From Betaproteobacteria bacterium (GTDB lineage: Bacteria > Pseudomonadota > Gammaproteobacteria > Burkholderiales > SHXO01), in assembly GCA_009693245.1 (NCBI GenBank), contig SHXO01000002.1:6280-70279 (forward strand): a DNA stretch of 64,000 nucleotides, in the 5' to 3' direction. A model generated the notes under the pieces. It searched no databases. It was not told where the DNA came from and saw only the letters and a program-made list of their open reading frames with translations. The position numbers and the translations under genes are program-made. Numbering within the stretch: position 1 is the first letter of the stretch; the number at the start of each line of letters is the position of its first letter. Positions 53,856 through 63,210 of this stretch are shown piece after piece.

Positions 53856-54505
53856 GAAGACTCGGCGGCACGCTCCCGGCGGCGCCGGTCAACGAGTGTG
53901 TCCACGAGCGCGATGGTTTCCTTCGGGCCGCCGGCAAGCGATGGGGAGGTGAGGAAGCGGCCGTCCACGATCAAGGTTGGCACGCCTTGCAAGCGGTAGC
54001 GTTGTGTCACGCTTCGGAGGAGTTCCAGCGCCATGGCGATTTCTTTCGAATCCCAGGTTCCGCGGACCAAGTTTCGGTCCAAGTCCTTCGATTGCGCCCA
54101 CTGCGCGAAAGTACCGGCATCGCCAAGATCGGTGTTGTCGAAGTGATACGCATCGAATACGTCTTGGTGCAACCGTGCATGGGCACCCAATTTGAGTAGC
54201 ACCAGATAGACTTTCGTGAGCGGAATCCAGCGCGTGTTGCGAAGCGCGGGGGTGCGGACCAACAGCACGTCGGCGGCGCGCTGCTGCTCCCATTCGCGCA
54301 GATAGGGTTCGAAGGCGTAACACGCTCCGCAGCCGTAGTAGAAAAACTCCCGCACTTCGATGCGCTGGGGATCATCCACCGGTTGCGGTGGAATGGGGAA
54401 GAATTTCGGGCGCTCGTCCGCTGCTTCATCCGCCGCGCGCGCACCCAAGGCGAAGCCGAGCCCGGCCAAACCAAATCCCAGTATCTGGCGGCGGGCTGGA
54501 TTCAC
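53852..54505 (-). CDS. DsbA-family thiol:disulfide oxidoreductase paralogue (CGAC active site, twin-arginine-like leader)
   Basis: 217-aa ORF with leader MNPARRQILGFGLAGLGFALGARA, active site FFYYGCGACYAFEP and the motif VPTLIVDG. Its stop overlaps the SDR start (ATGA). Confidence 0.8.
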   Translation of the reverse strand: MNPARRQILGFGLAGLGFALGARAADEAADERPKFFPIPPQPVDDPQRIEVREFFYYGCGACYAFEPYLREWEQQRAADVLLVRTPALRNTRWIPLTKVYLVLLKLGAHARLHQDVFDAYHFDNTDLGDAGTFAQWAQSKDLDRNLVRGTWDSKEIAMALELLRSVTQRYRLQGVPTLIVDGRFLTSPSLAGGPKETIALVDTLVDRRRRERAAESS

Positions 54506-54540
54506 TGGCGGGCTTTATTCAGTAAACTTCGGCGGCAGAT

Positions 54541-55290
54541 CTATGCGCCAGGCTTGGACGCGGGCTTAGAGGTCTTGGCCACGGGTTTAGGCTTCGATGC
54601 AACTTCGGGTTTCGCTGGAGCTTGGGAGGTCTTGGTCCGCTCCTTGGCGATCAGGGCATCCACGATTTGAAAGAAGCGCTGCAAGCTGGGCTGGTTGTTC
54701 GGCCCAACAGCCATGGAGGGACCGGTCACGTACTTGCCCTGGATGGCCATCGCCGGCGTGAACATCACGCCATAGGTGCGCGCCATTTTCTTCGAGCGCT
54801 CCACTTTGGCATCCATGCCGAAAGAGTTGAAGGTCTGGGTAAATTTCTCGGCATCCACGCCTTGAGTGGCGACCCACTTCGTGATTTTTTCCGCGTCCCC
54901 CAGATCCTTGCCTTCACCGTGAATGGCATGGAAGACCTTGGAGTGCAGCTTCTCCGACAGTCCCATGGCTTCCAGGGTGTAGAAAAGACGGGCCAGTGGT
55001 GCCCAGCTATCGCGAAATATCAGCGGTACAGCTCTAAAAGTTACATCCTGCTGGCTCTGCAACCAACCGCGTAGCGGGCTCTCGAACTCGGCGCAATGGG
55101 GGCAGGCATAGGAAAAGAACTCGATGACTTCAACGCCCTTGCCCTGCGCGGGTTGCTCGGGGCTGATGAGCTTGTACTCCTTATCGGCTACAGGAGTCTG
55201 CGCGAATGCAGGCGGTGCAATGGCACAAAAAACTAGCAAGGCGAATGTTCGGTGAAGATGGCGCAACGCTCGGTTCATCGTACTCTCCAT
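54541..55290 (-). CDS. dsbA: thiol:disulfide interchange protein DsbA with a Lys/Pro/Ala-rich C-terminal tail
   Basis: 249-aa ORF with a signal peptide, active site FFSYACPHCAEFE and the motif TPAMAIQGKY. It also carries about 35 extra C-terminal residues (...SQAPAKPEVASKPKPVAKTSKPASKPGA). Confidence 0.9.
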   Translation of the reverse strand: MESTMNRALRHLHRTFALLVFCAIAPPAFAQTPVADKEYKLISPEQPAQGKGVEVIEFFSYACPHCAEFESPLRGWLQSQQDVTFRAVPLIFRDSWAPLARLFYTLEAMGLSEKLHSKVFHAIHGEGKDLGDAEKITKWVATQGVDAEKFTQTFNSFGMDAKVERSKKMARTYGVMFTPAMAIQGKYVTGPSMAVGPNNQPSLQRFFQIVDALIAKERTKTSQAPAKPEVASKPKPVAKTSKPASKPGA

Positions 55291-55303
55291 GGTTTGATCG
55301 AAT

Positions 55304-55897
55304 TTACTCTCTCGAGCGAATCATATTGGCTTGAATTTCCATTTCCTTGAGGGCGGCTTGCGCTACCTGCGCTTGTTCCGCGCTCTCGTAAGGCCCCAAC
55401 CGCACCCGGTGCCAAGTCTTATTGTCTGGCAGCTGGGAGGTTTTGATTTGCGCTTCCATTCCCGCTAATGCAAGGCGTGCTTTTAGGTTGTCCGCATCGG
55501 CTGAATTTTGGAATGCGCCAGCCTGCAAGAAAATACGCTCCTTGGCCGCGGCATCCTCTACGGGCTTGGCCGGCATGGGGTCTTGCTTGCCAGGCAGAAT
55601 TTCATAGAAATCGAACTTTGGTTTGGGTGTGGAATCCGTGCCGGCGGCCCCGCCTGAAGCGTTCGCGTTACCGGTTGCGCGAGCACCCTTGGGCGCCTCC
55701 ATGGGCTGGAGTTCCCTATGCGAAGCCGGAAGTTCCTTGAAGGGCGGCGCCGAACGATTGATGTAGAGCGCGAATCCGAAGGCTAGTCCCAATCCGAGGG
55801 CGAAACCAATGATGAGGCCAACGGAAAACGGATGCATCAGGCGCGCGCTTTTCCCACCGCCTGCTCCGGCCCCGCCTTTTTTGTAGTCCATGCTCAT
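55304..55897 (-). CDS. SPOR domain-containing protein (FtsN/DedD-like)
   Basis: 197-aa ORF with an N-terminal TM helix, a low-complexity linker and a C-terminal SPOR pattern (FLQAGAFQNSADADNLKARLAL...WHRVRLGPY). The argS-SPOR-dsbA order is conserved. Confidence 0.8.
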   Translation of the reverse strand: MSMDYKKGGAGAGGGKSARLMHPFSVGLIIGFALGLGLAFGFALYINRSAPPFKELPASHRELQPMEAPKGARATGNANASGGAAGTDSTPKPKFDFYEILPGKQDPMPAKPVEDAAAKERIFLQAGAFQNSADADNLKARLALAGMEAQIKTSQLPDNKTWHRVRLGPYESAEQAQVAQAALKEMEIQANMIRSRE

Positions 55898-55950
55898 AGG
55901 TGGAAGTTTACTGTGTGCGCGGGATGCCAGTGTAAACCGCGCGTAATGCG

Positions 55951-57714
55951 CTACATGCGCTCGGGCGCGGACACACCAAGCAACCGGAGACCGTTACGCA
56001 ATACCTGTCGCACGGCGGCGACCAGCGCGAGGCGCGCGAGCTTAACCGCTTCGTCCTCCACCAGGAAACGCGCCGAGTTGTAATAGCTATGAAACACACC
56101 AGCGAGATCCTTCAAGTAGAAGGCCATCGCATGGGGCGCTAAGTCCCGCGCGGCTTCTTCCAAGATATCGGAATAATCCATCATTGCGCGTATCAATCCG
56201 AACTCTTGCTCGGAATCCAAGGAACCGAGGCCGGCGCCCGGCAAGGCAGCGGGGTCGCCGCCCCACTCTTCCAACACCCGGCAAATACGGGCGTGTGCGT
56301 ACTGGATGTAATACACAGGATTATCGTTGCTCCGGGATTTCGCCAGATCCAGATCGAAGTCCAAATGCTGGTCGCTCTTGCGCGCGAGATAAAAGTAACG
56401 CGTGGCATCCAATCCTGCTTCTTCGTAGAGTTCCTCCAAGGTCACGTAGTTGCCGCTGCGCTTGCCCATGCGCACGGGCTCGCCGCCCCGGAAGAGCGCC
56501 ACCAACTGGATGAGCGGAACACTTAGCTTATCCGGCTCGTGGCCGAAGGCACTCAAGGCCGCCTTCACCCGCACAATATAGCCGTGATGATCCGCGCCCC
56601 ACACGTCGATGACGCGCTCGAACCCGCGTTCCAATTTCTCGTGATGGTAGGCGATGTCGGAGGCGAAATAGGTATAGAGCCCGTTCTCGCGTTGCACTAC
56701 GCGGTCTTTGTCGTCGCCAAACGCGGTGGAGCGAAACCAGGTGGCGCCATCCTTCTCGTACAAATGTCCTCTTTCACGCAACTTGTCCAAGGCGCGTGCG
56801 ACCTTGCCATCGTCGTAAAGGGATTGCTCGGAGTACCAGCGGTCGAACTGCACGCGGAAGCGGGACAAGACGCCGCGAATCTCCGCGATCTGCCGGTCGA
56901 GCGTGTGGCGCATCACCCGCTTGAAATCCTCGCCCAAGAGCGTCTTGGCATTGGCGATCAATTGGTCGAGGCGCGCTTCGCCCACCGCCTCTTGTTCCTT
57001 GTCCGAAGCGTTGGGGTTGGCCTCGGGCAGGGCTGCCATGACCTGAGCAGCGGCCCGCACGAACTTCTCGCCATGAAGATCCGCGAGTTCGCGCGCCCGC
57101 AGAGCCACGTAATCTCCTTGGTAGGCGTTGGGCGGAAATGGCACGCTCACTCCGCGCTGCCCGAGATAGCGTAGCCACACCGAGAGGACCAGCACATCCA
57201 CTTGCCGGCCGGCGTCATTGATGTAGTACTCGCGCTGCACGTCATAGCCCGCGGCTTGCAGCATGCTGGCAAGGCTATCGCCGTAGGCCGCGCCGCGCCC
57301 GTGCCCAACGTGCAACGGCCCCGTGGGATTGGCGGATACAAATTCCACTTGCACCTTCCTGCCTCCGCCTACATCGATACGGCCGTAGTCATCTCCCTGC
57401 GCAAGCACATGCCCAACCACCGAGCGCTTGGCCCCGGCCTTCAAGAACAAATTGATGAATCCGTCTCCAGCCACCTCCGCGCGTTCCAGCAACTCTGAGG
57501 CAGGCAACGCGCCGGCGATCGCGCCTGCAAGCTCGCGCGGATTGCGCTTCGCCGTCTTGGCCATTTGCATGGCGATGGAACAGGAGAAGTCGCCGTGCCC
57601 GGCCTGCTTGGTCCGTCCCAAGGTCACGGGAGGATGAGCCGGATTACCGAGTGCTTGCGCGACAGCCGCGACGATGAGCGAAACCAACTCGCTCTTGATG
57701 TCAGCGTGAATCAT
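55951..57714 (-). CDS. argS: arginine--tRNA ligase
   Basis: 587-aa ORF with SANPTGPLHVGHGR (HIGH) and the C-terminal anticodon-binding domain. Confidence 0.98.
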   Translation of the reverse strand: MIHADIKSELVSLIVAAVAQALGNPAHPPVTLGRTKQAGHGDFSCSIAMQMAKTAKRNPRELAGAIAGALPASELLERAEVAGDGFINLFLKAGAKRSVVGHVLAQGDDYGRIDVGGGRKVQVEFVSANPTGPLHVGHGRGAAYGDSLASMLQAAGYDVQREYYINDAGRQVDVLVLSVWLRYLGQRGVSVPFPPNAYQGDYVALRARELADLHGEKFVRAAAQVMAALPEANPNASDKEQEAVGEARLDQLIANAKTLLGEDFKRVMRHTLDRQIAEIRGVLSRFRVQFDRWYSEQSLYDDGKVARALDKLRERGHLYEKDGATWFRSTAFGDDKDRVVQRENGLYTYFASDIAYHHEKLERGFERVIDVWGADHHGYIVRVKAALSAFGHEPDKLSVPLIQLVALFRGGEPVRMGKRSGNYVTLEELYEEAGLDATRYFYLARKSDQHLDFDLDLAKSRSNDNPVYYIQYAHARICRVLEEWGGDPAALPGAGLGSLDSEQEFGLIRAMMDYSDILEEAARDLAPHAMAFYLKDLAGVFHSYYNSARFLVEDEAVKLARLALVAAVRQVLRNGLRLLGVSAPERM

Positions 57715-57769
57715 GGAAATTCAAAGGGCAGGACTGGAAGGCAACGCGGGCGCGCATTATAAGCCGCCA

Positions 57770-59947
57770 TCAAACACTTCTCGGATCCACATCGAGATGC
57801 CAGCGCACTTGGTTGCCGCCATGTTCCGCCAGCCAGGGGCGCCACTTGCCCAGCAAGGTTTGCAAGGCCGCTCGCGATGCCGACTGCACGAGAAGCTGGC
57901 CGCGCTCCTTCCCGGCAATGCGCGCCATGGGCGCGGGCACCGGGTCGAATACTTCCACCTCCGGTGCTTGCTCCTTGCAATTGCTCGCCGCCAAGGCAAG
58001 GAAGGAGTCGACCGCTGGCCGCTCGGCGGCTTCCGCGCGCAGTAATGCTTGATAACTATAGGGAGGAAATTGCGTGGCTCTTCTATCTTCCAGCAGCGCG
58101 TTGGCGAAACCCTCGTAATCTTGCCGCTCGGCGGCGGCGTAGATGGGATGATGCGGAAAATCCGTCTGTATCATGACCTCGCCGGGAATGCTCGCGCGCC
58201 CCGCCCTTCCCGACACCTGGATGAGCAGGGCAAACAGGCGCTCGGCCGCGCGAAAATCCGTGCTGAAGAGTGCCGCGTCGGGATTCACGATACCCACCAA
58301 GGTCAGATTCGGAAAGTCATGGCCTTTCGCGAGCATCTGAGTACCCACCAGAATATCCACTTGTTGCGCGTGCACCAGATCGCGCAAAGTGGCGAAGGCG
58401 TGCTTGCGCTGGGTGGTGTCCCGGTCCACGCGCGCGATACGCGCCGAGGGAAATACGCGGGCCAATTCCAGTTCGAGGCGCTGGGTACCATGCCCGCGCG
58501 GCCGTAAGTCTTGATTGCCACAACCTTCGCACGCGTGCGGCACGCGCTCCTGGTGGCCGCAATAGTGGCAGCGCAGTTGCGTGGTCTTGGAGTGGAACAC
58601 CAAGCGCGCGGAACAACGAATGCACTGCGCCATCCACCCGCAGGCATAGCACAGCAGAGCGGGCGAGTAACCGCGCCGGTTGATGAAAATGAGGCTTTGT
58701 TCTTGGTTCGCGAGCCGTTGGGATAGAGCCCGGAGTAAAGGCTCGCTCAAACCTTCTTTCAGTTGCAGTTGCCGGGTATCCACGCACTTGACCTTGGGCG
58801 GCTGCGCCGCCGCGCGAAAGGGTAGCCGCAAGAGCTCGTGGCGCCCGGCTTGCGCGCGGGCGTAGGACTCCAGAGACGGCGTAGCCGAGGCCAGCAGCAC
58901 CGGCACATTGCGGCGCCGCGCGCGTACGAGAGACAAGTCGCGCGCGTGATAGCGCAACCCCTCCTCCTGCTTGAAGGATTCGTCGTGCTCTTCATCCACG
59001 ATGATGAGCTCCAGATTGGGGAGCGCGGAGAACACGGCCAGCCGCGTGCCCAACACGATGCGAGCCTCTCCGCTGTACGCCAAGCGCCAGCGGGCAAGCC
59101 GTTCCGTGTCGGATAGATCGCTGTGCAGGCTCGCGATGCGCACTCGGGGGAAACGCTCCCGCACGCGCGCATCGAGCTGCGGGGTGAGGTTGATCTCGGG
59201 CACGAGCATCAGCGCTTGCCCGCCCCGGCGCACGACGTCCGCGATGAGCTGCAAATAGACTTCGGTCTTGCCGCTACCGGTAATGCCCAGCAGCAAGAAA
59301 CTCGCGAAGCTCCCGAACTTGCCGCGCACCGCCGCCACCGCCGCTGCTTGGTCCTGCGTCAAGGAATGGCCCCCGGAGGTTTGAATATCCTGCTCGGGTG
59401 CCGGCACCGGCGGCCCGAATTCGATCCATCCGCGTTCCTCCAAGGGCTTGAGCCACGCACGCGCCGCGGGGAGCGCCGCCCGCACCTTGCTTTCGAGCAC
59501 GGACGCACGCTCGCCAATGAATTCCAGCAAGGTTCGTTGTTGTTTATGACGCGCGGGAATACGCAATAGCGCTTCGCGTCCCGCCTGCGTTGTCATCACC
59601 GTGCGATCTACAGGGTCCGGCGCGCTGCGTGCGTTACGCAGTTTTGGAGGCAGTGCCAGCATGACGATCTGCCCCAAGGGATAGTGGTAATAGCCCGCGC
59701 AGAAGCGGCACAGTTCCAGCACGTCCGGCGGCAATACCGGCTCTTCGTGCAGCACCGCTTCCACGTGCTTGAGGCGGTTCGCTTCGATAACGGTTTCACC
59801 ACCCACTTCGACCACCACCCCCGTACGCCGGCCCGGGCCGAAGGGAACGATCACTCGCTGGCCAACGCTGGCCTGTTGAGAATCTTGCAGGCGGTAGTCG
59901 AATAAGCGGTCTAGGGGAACATCCAGGGCGACTCGAACCAACGGCAC
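57770..59947 (-). CDS. priA: primosomal replication protein N' (PriA helicase)
   Basis: 725-aa ORF with GITGSGKTEVY, DEEHD and the Cys-rich Zn cluster CIRCSARLVFH...CHYCG...CEGCG. Confidence 0.97.
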   Translation of the reverse strand: MPLVRVALDVPLDRLFDYRLQDSQQASVGQRVIVPFGPGRRTGVVVEVGGETVIEANRLKHVEAVLHEEPVLPPDVLELCRFCAGYYHYPLGQIVMLALPPKLRNARSAPDPVDRTVMTTQAGREALLRIPARHKQQRTLLEFIGERASVLESKVRAALPAARAWLKPLEERGWIEFGPPVPAPEQDIQTSGGHSLTQDQAAAVAAVRGKFGSFASFLLLGITGSGKTEVYLQLIADVVRRGGQALMLVPEINLTPQLDARVRERFPRVRIASLHSDLSDTERLARWRLAYSGEARIVLGTRLAVFSALPNLELIIVDEEHDESFKQEEGLRYHARDLSLVRARRRNVPVLLASATPSLESYARAQAGRHELLRLPFRAAAQPPKVKCVDTRQLQLKEGLSEPLLRALSQRLANQEQSLIFINRRGYSPALLCYACGWMAQCIRCSARLVFHSKTTQLRCHYCGHQERVPHACEGCGNQDLRPRGHGTQRLELELARVFPSARIARVDRDTTQRKHAFATLRDLVHAQQVDILVGTQMLAKGHDFPNLTLVGIVNPDAALFSTDFRAAERLFALLIQVSGRAGRASIPGEVMIQTDFPHHPIYAAAERQDYEGFANALLEDRRATQFPPYSYQALLRAEAAERPAVDSFLALAASNCKEQAPEVEVFDPVPAPMARIAGKERGQLLVQSASRAALQTLLGKWRPWLAEHGGNQVRWHLDVDPRSV

Positions 59948-60449
59948 GGCTCAGCAAGATATTGAAATGGAGTAGCAAGATTAGCAGGGAAGGCGCCCAC
60001 GACACTTACCGCCTCTGGGATACCGGCACATTTTTCGACTACCCGGGCAAACTCGAAAGACAATCTTTCGGCACCCCTGCTCGCACTTTGCTATTTCTGG
60101 CGCCCGGCCATCTGCGCGACTTGCAGGGATTCTCACGGCGGCTTCTGAGCGAGTGGTTTGCATTATTGCCCGATGGGGCGGTGCTAGCCGCCCACAACCA
60201 CCACGAGGCCGGCGGTGGCGTTTTCGACGAACTCCTGCGGCTCGCGTGGAGGAAGTGCCGCGCAACGCGCAGTTGATAGTCATCGGTCGCGCCCATGTTC
60301 CGCAGGAGTTGCTGCGCGCGTTCTCGGCCGGTCACCGCGGCCGAATCGGTTGGGAGGCCCTTCGACTGACCGCGCCCACCGCAGCGGCAGCAGGAACCGG
60401 GCAGCTATTCCGAATCAATCAAGAAGTGGCCAGCCAGAATTCAACCATG

Positions 60450-61265
60450 CTACTTCTTCTTCAGCCGGATCTGCATCATGGCATCGGGATCGCTCACGCT
60501 GCTAAATGACCCATCGTCGTTGGCCGCGAGCGCGAGATCTTCGCCGTCGAAGGTGACTTTGACGCCCTGCGCGTGCTGCTTGTAGGTGCAAGGCCCCGTC
60601 ATCGGACCGAAAGAAATGTAGCACTTGCTGGCTGGCTGAAATTACAGTTTGACCGTCCCGTAGGCATTCTCCCAGTTTCCTTGCAGCTTCACCGCCGGGG
60701 GTTTTTCTGACGGGGCGTTTGAGGCGGACACGGATTTGTCTTTTTTCCTCGCCGGTTGTGCTGCACCGAGCAACGCGTTGCATTCGATCCATCCAATGGT
60801 GGTGGCGCTTGGCGTCTTCACTTGGCGCCAATTGCCATTGACCTTCACAACATTGCCGCTTTCCTTGAAGTTGCCATCCACCCAGCTCACGGGCTCGCCA
60901 ATCTTGATGGGCGCATTAGGCGTGCCGGCCTTTTGCACTAAACGCAACTTCTGAGTGTTCACCGGAACCTGTTTTCCGCTAGGTATCAACAGAAGGACAT
61001 AGCCGGGCGCATCCGGTTCAGCGATGACTTCCGCCAGCGTCGGTCCCATTCCAGTGGTCAATTCAACGAGGTCACCCACGCTCGCGCGGTTGGTTTGCGA
61101 TGCTGCCCAGGGTGAGATTGCGCAGAATGCTAACGCTACCGCCACGCGTACGGCTCTATTTTTCCGTGCTTGCTTCTCCCGCACAAGATTGGCGGCGCTT
61201 GGATGCGCCAAAAGGGATTGCTCGCACTCGCGAGCGCGGCTAACGAAAGCGGCACTAATGCGCAT
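60450..61265 (-). pseudogene. secreted hypothetical protein interrupted by an in-frame TAA
   Basis: The 207-codon ORF (signal-like VAVALAFCAISPWAA) ends ...NAYGTVKL-TAA(60642-60644). The same frame continues for 63 codons with coding-like composition: FQPASKCYISFGPMTGPCTYKQHAQGVKVTFDGEDLALAANDDGSFSSVSDPDAMMQIRLKKK*, with TAG at 60450-60452. The start is uncertain. Confidence 0.55.
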
Positions 61266-61426
61266 CGCTATCGGTTATCACTTTATCGCTGTCCCATCGA
61301 AGGGTCAATCCAATCCCTGGCTAGCGATAAGCCGCGCTCAACTCGTGCACGGGATTCCTGGCACCAGCCTATCTGCCAGGTTCAGGTCACTAACTTTCTT
61401 AAGAGCCGCATCGGTCACCCTGTTGT

Positions 61427-63103
61427 TCAGGCCGAAAATTCCCGCAACACTTGACCCGCCTTGGGCGCATCTCTGAGGATGCCATTCGCACCGGCAACGC
61501 GCCGGCCGTTGACCCACACTCCATGCACACCCGTCGCCGGTGTGGTCAATCGCGATCCGCCCGCCGGTAGATCGAACACGCGGCTGGAAGGCCCGCGCCC
61601 TATGGTCTTCGGATCGAACAACAGCAAGTCGGCGGGTTTTCCGATCGCGATGCTTCCGCGATCCTTCATGCCGAATAACGCGGCCGGTTCGGAAGTAAGT
61701 TTGCGCACCGTCTGTTCCAGCGGCATGAGCTTCTTCTCGCGCACCCAGTACCCCAGAACATGCAAGCCGAAACCGGCATCACACAAAAAGGTGAGGTGCG
61801 CGCCGGCGTCCGAGAGCGAGACGATGGCATTTTCGTCGCGCATCATCCTCCCCACCGCATCCTCGTCGGAATTGAGCAGCGTGGCGGTAAACAAGGTGTC
61901 GAGGTTTTATTCCATCGCCAAGTCGAGCATGACATCCACCGGATGCCCGCCCGCCTCTCGCGCGAGCGCGGCAATCGACTTGCCCTCATAGGCCGCATGT
62001 TTCGCATCGGCGACCTGGGCGACATGGGCTTTTTCCCATTCGCCGGTGAACATCCGCCGGCTGCGTTCTTCGAGTTCCTTCTTCAGCATGCCGCGCCAGG
62101 CGCGATCGGCGAGCGTGCTGCGAAAGGACTTCTCATCCATGGCCATTAGCGGCTGCCACACGCGCAAACCCTCGAACACGTAAGGTTCGTGCATGGTGAA
62201 CTCGAAATTCAGCGGGCAGGGAGACACCGCCCCATGCATCCTGTTGCCTCGCTTGCGAGCCGCCCGGATATTGCCGAGGTCTTCGAACGTGGCTTCCGGG
62301 GCGAGATTGGAATGCAGGAGCGCGGCAACCAGGTAGGGCCGGTTGGAGGCGGCGCATAAATTCTCGATCCAGGGCATCGGAGTATCCGCCGCCTTAGTCA
62401 TCATCAGCAAGCCCTTGCCGGCATCGCGCAAAGCCGCGGACAGGGTAGTCATTTCATGATCATCGGCCAAGCGCGAGGGCATTGGAATGCCGGCCTCGCC
62501 GTTATGCTGGCCAGAACGGGTGGTGGCGAAACCCACCGCGCCCGCCTCCATCGCCCCGGCTACGATTTTGCGCATGATTTTGACTTCATCGGCCGTGGCG
62601 GTGCGCTTCGGCGCATCCTCGCCCAGCACGAAGGTGCGCACGCTGGAATGACCAACAAAACACGCCACGTTCGGGCCGACGCCTTTTTTCTCCAGCATGT
62701 CCAGATACTGCGGATAGGACTCGAAGCCCCAGTCGATGCCAGCGCGCAGGGCATTGAGCGACATACCCTCGACGTGCGTCAGATTGCGCATGGTCAGATC
62801 GCGATCCGCCGGCCGGCACGGAGCGATGGTGAAGCCGCAATTGCCCATGACGATGGTCGTCACGCCCAGCGCGGGTGAAGGATTGGCAAGCGGGTCCCAG
62901 GTAATCTGCGCGTCGTAGTGCGTATGGGTATCGATGATGCCAGGCATCAGCGCCAGGCCACCGGCTTCCACAGACTGCACCGCGGCGCCTTCGACCCTGC
63001 CAATTGCGCAGATGTTTCCATCCTTGACCGCCACGCTGGCCTGTGCCGGCGCAGCACCTGAACCATCGTAAAGCGTGGCGTTGCGAATAATCAAATCATG
63101 CAT
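61427..63103 (-). pseudogene. N-acyl-D-amino-acid deacylase (D-aminoacylase) family amidohydrolase, interrupted by an in-frame TAA
   Basis: MHDLIIRNATLYDGSG...PGIIDTHTHYD... runs up to ...DVMLDLAME-TAA(61907-61909)-NLDTLFTATLLNSDEDAV...SDAGAHLTFLCDAGF...DLLLFDP... The two track ORFs (61907-63214 and 61427-61894) share one frame and together make one family-typical protein. Confidence 0.85.
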
Positions 63104-63210
63104 TTTGTTGGCCTTTGCTTTCGATTCAATGTGCGTTTTAAAATTATTCTCTGTCCATTGGAAAACACAAGCGAGCTCGCCACTCATCCCGCGCATGGCG
63201 CGGGAAGCGC

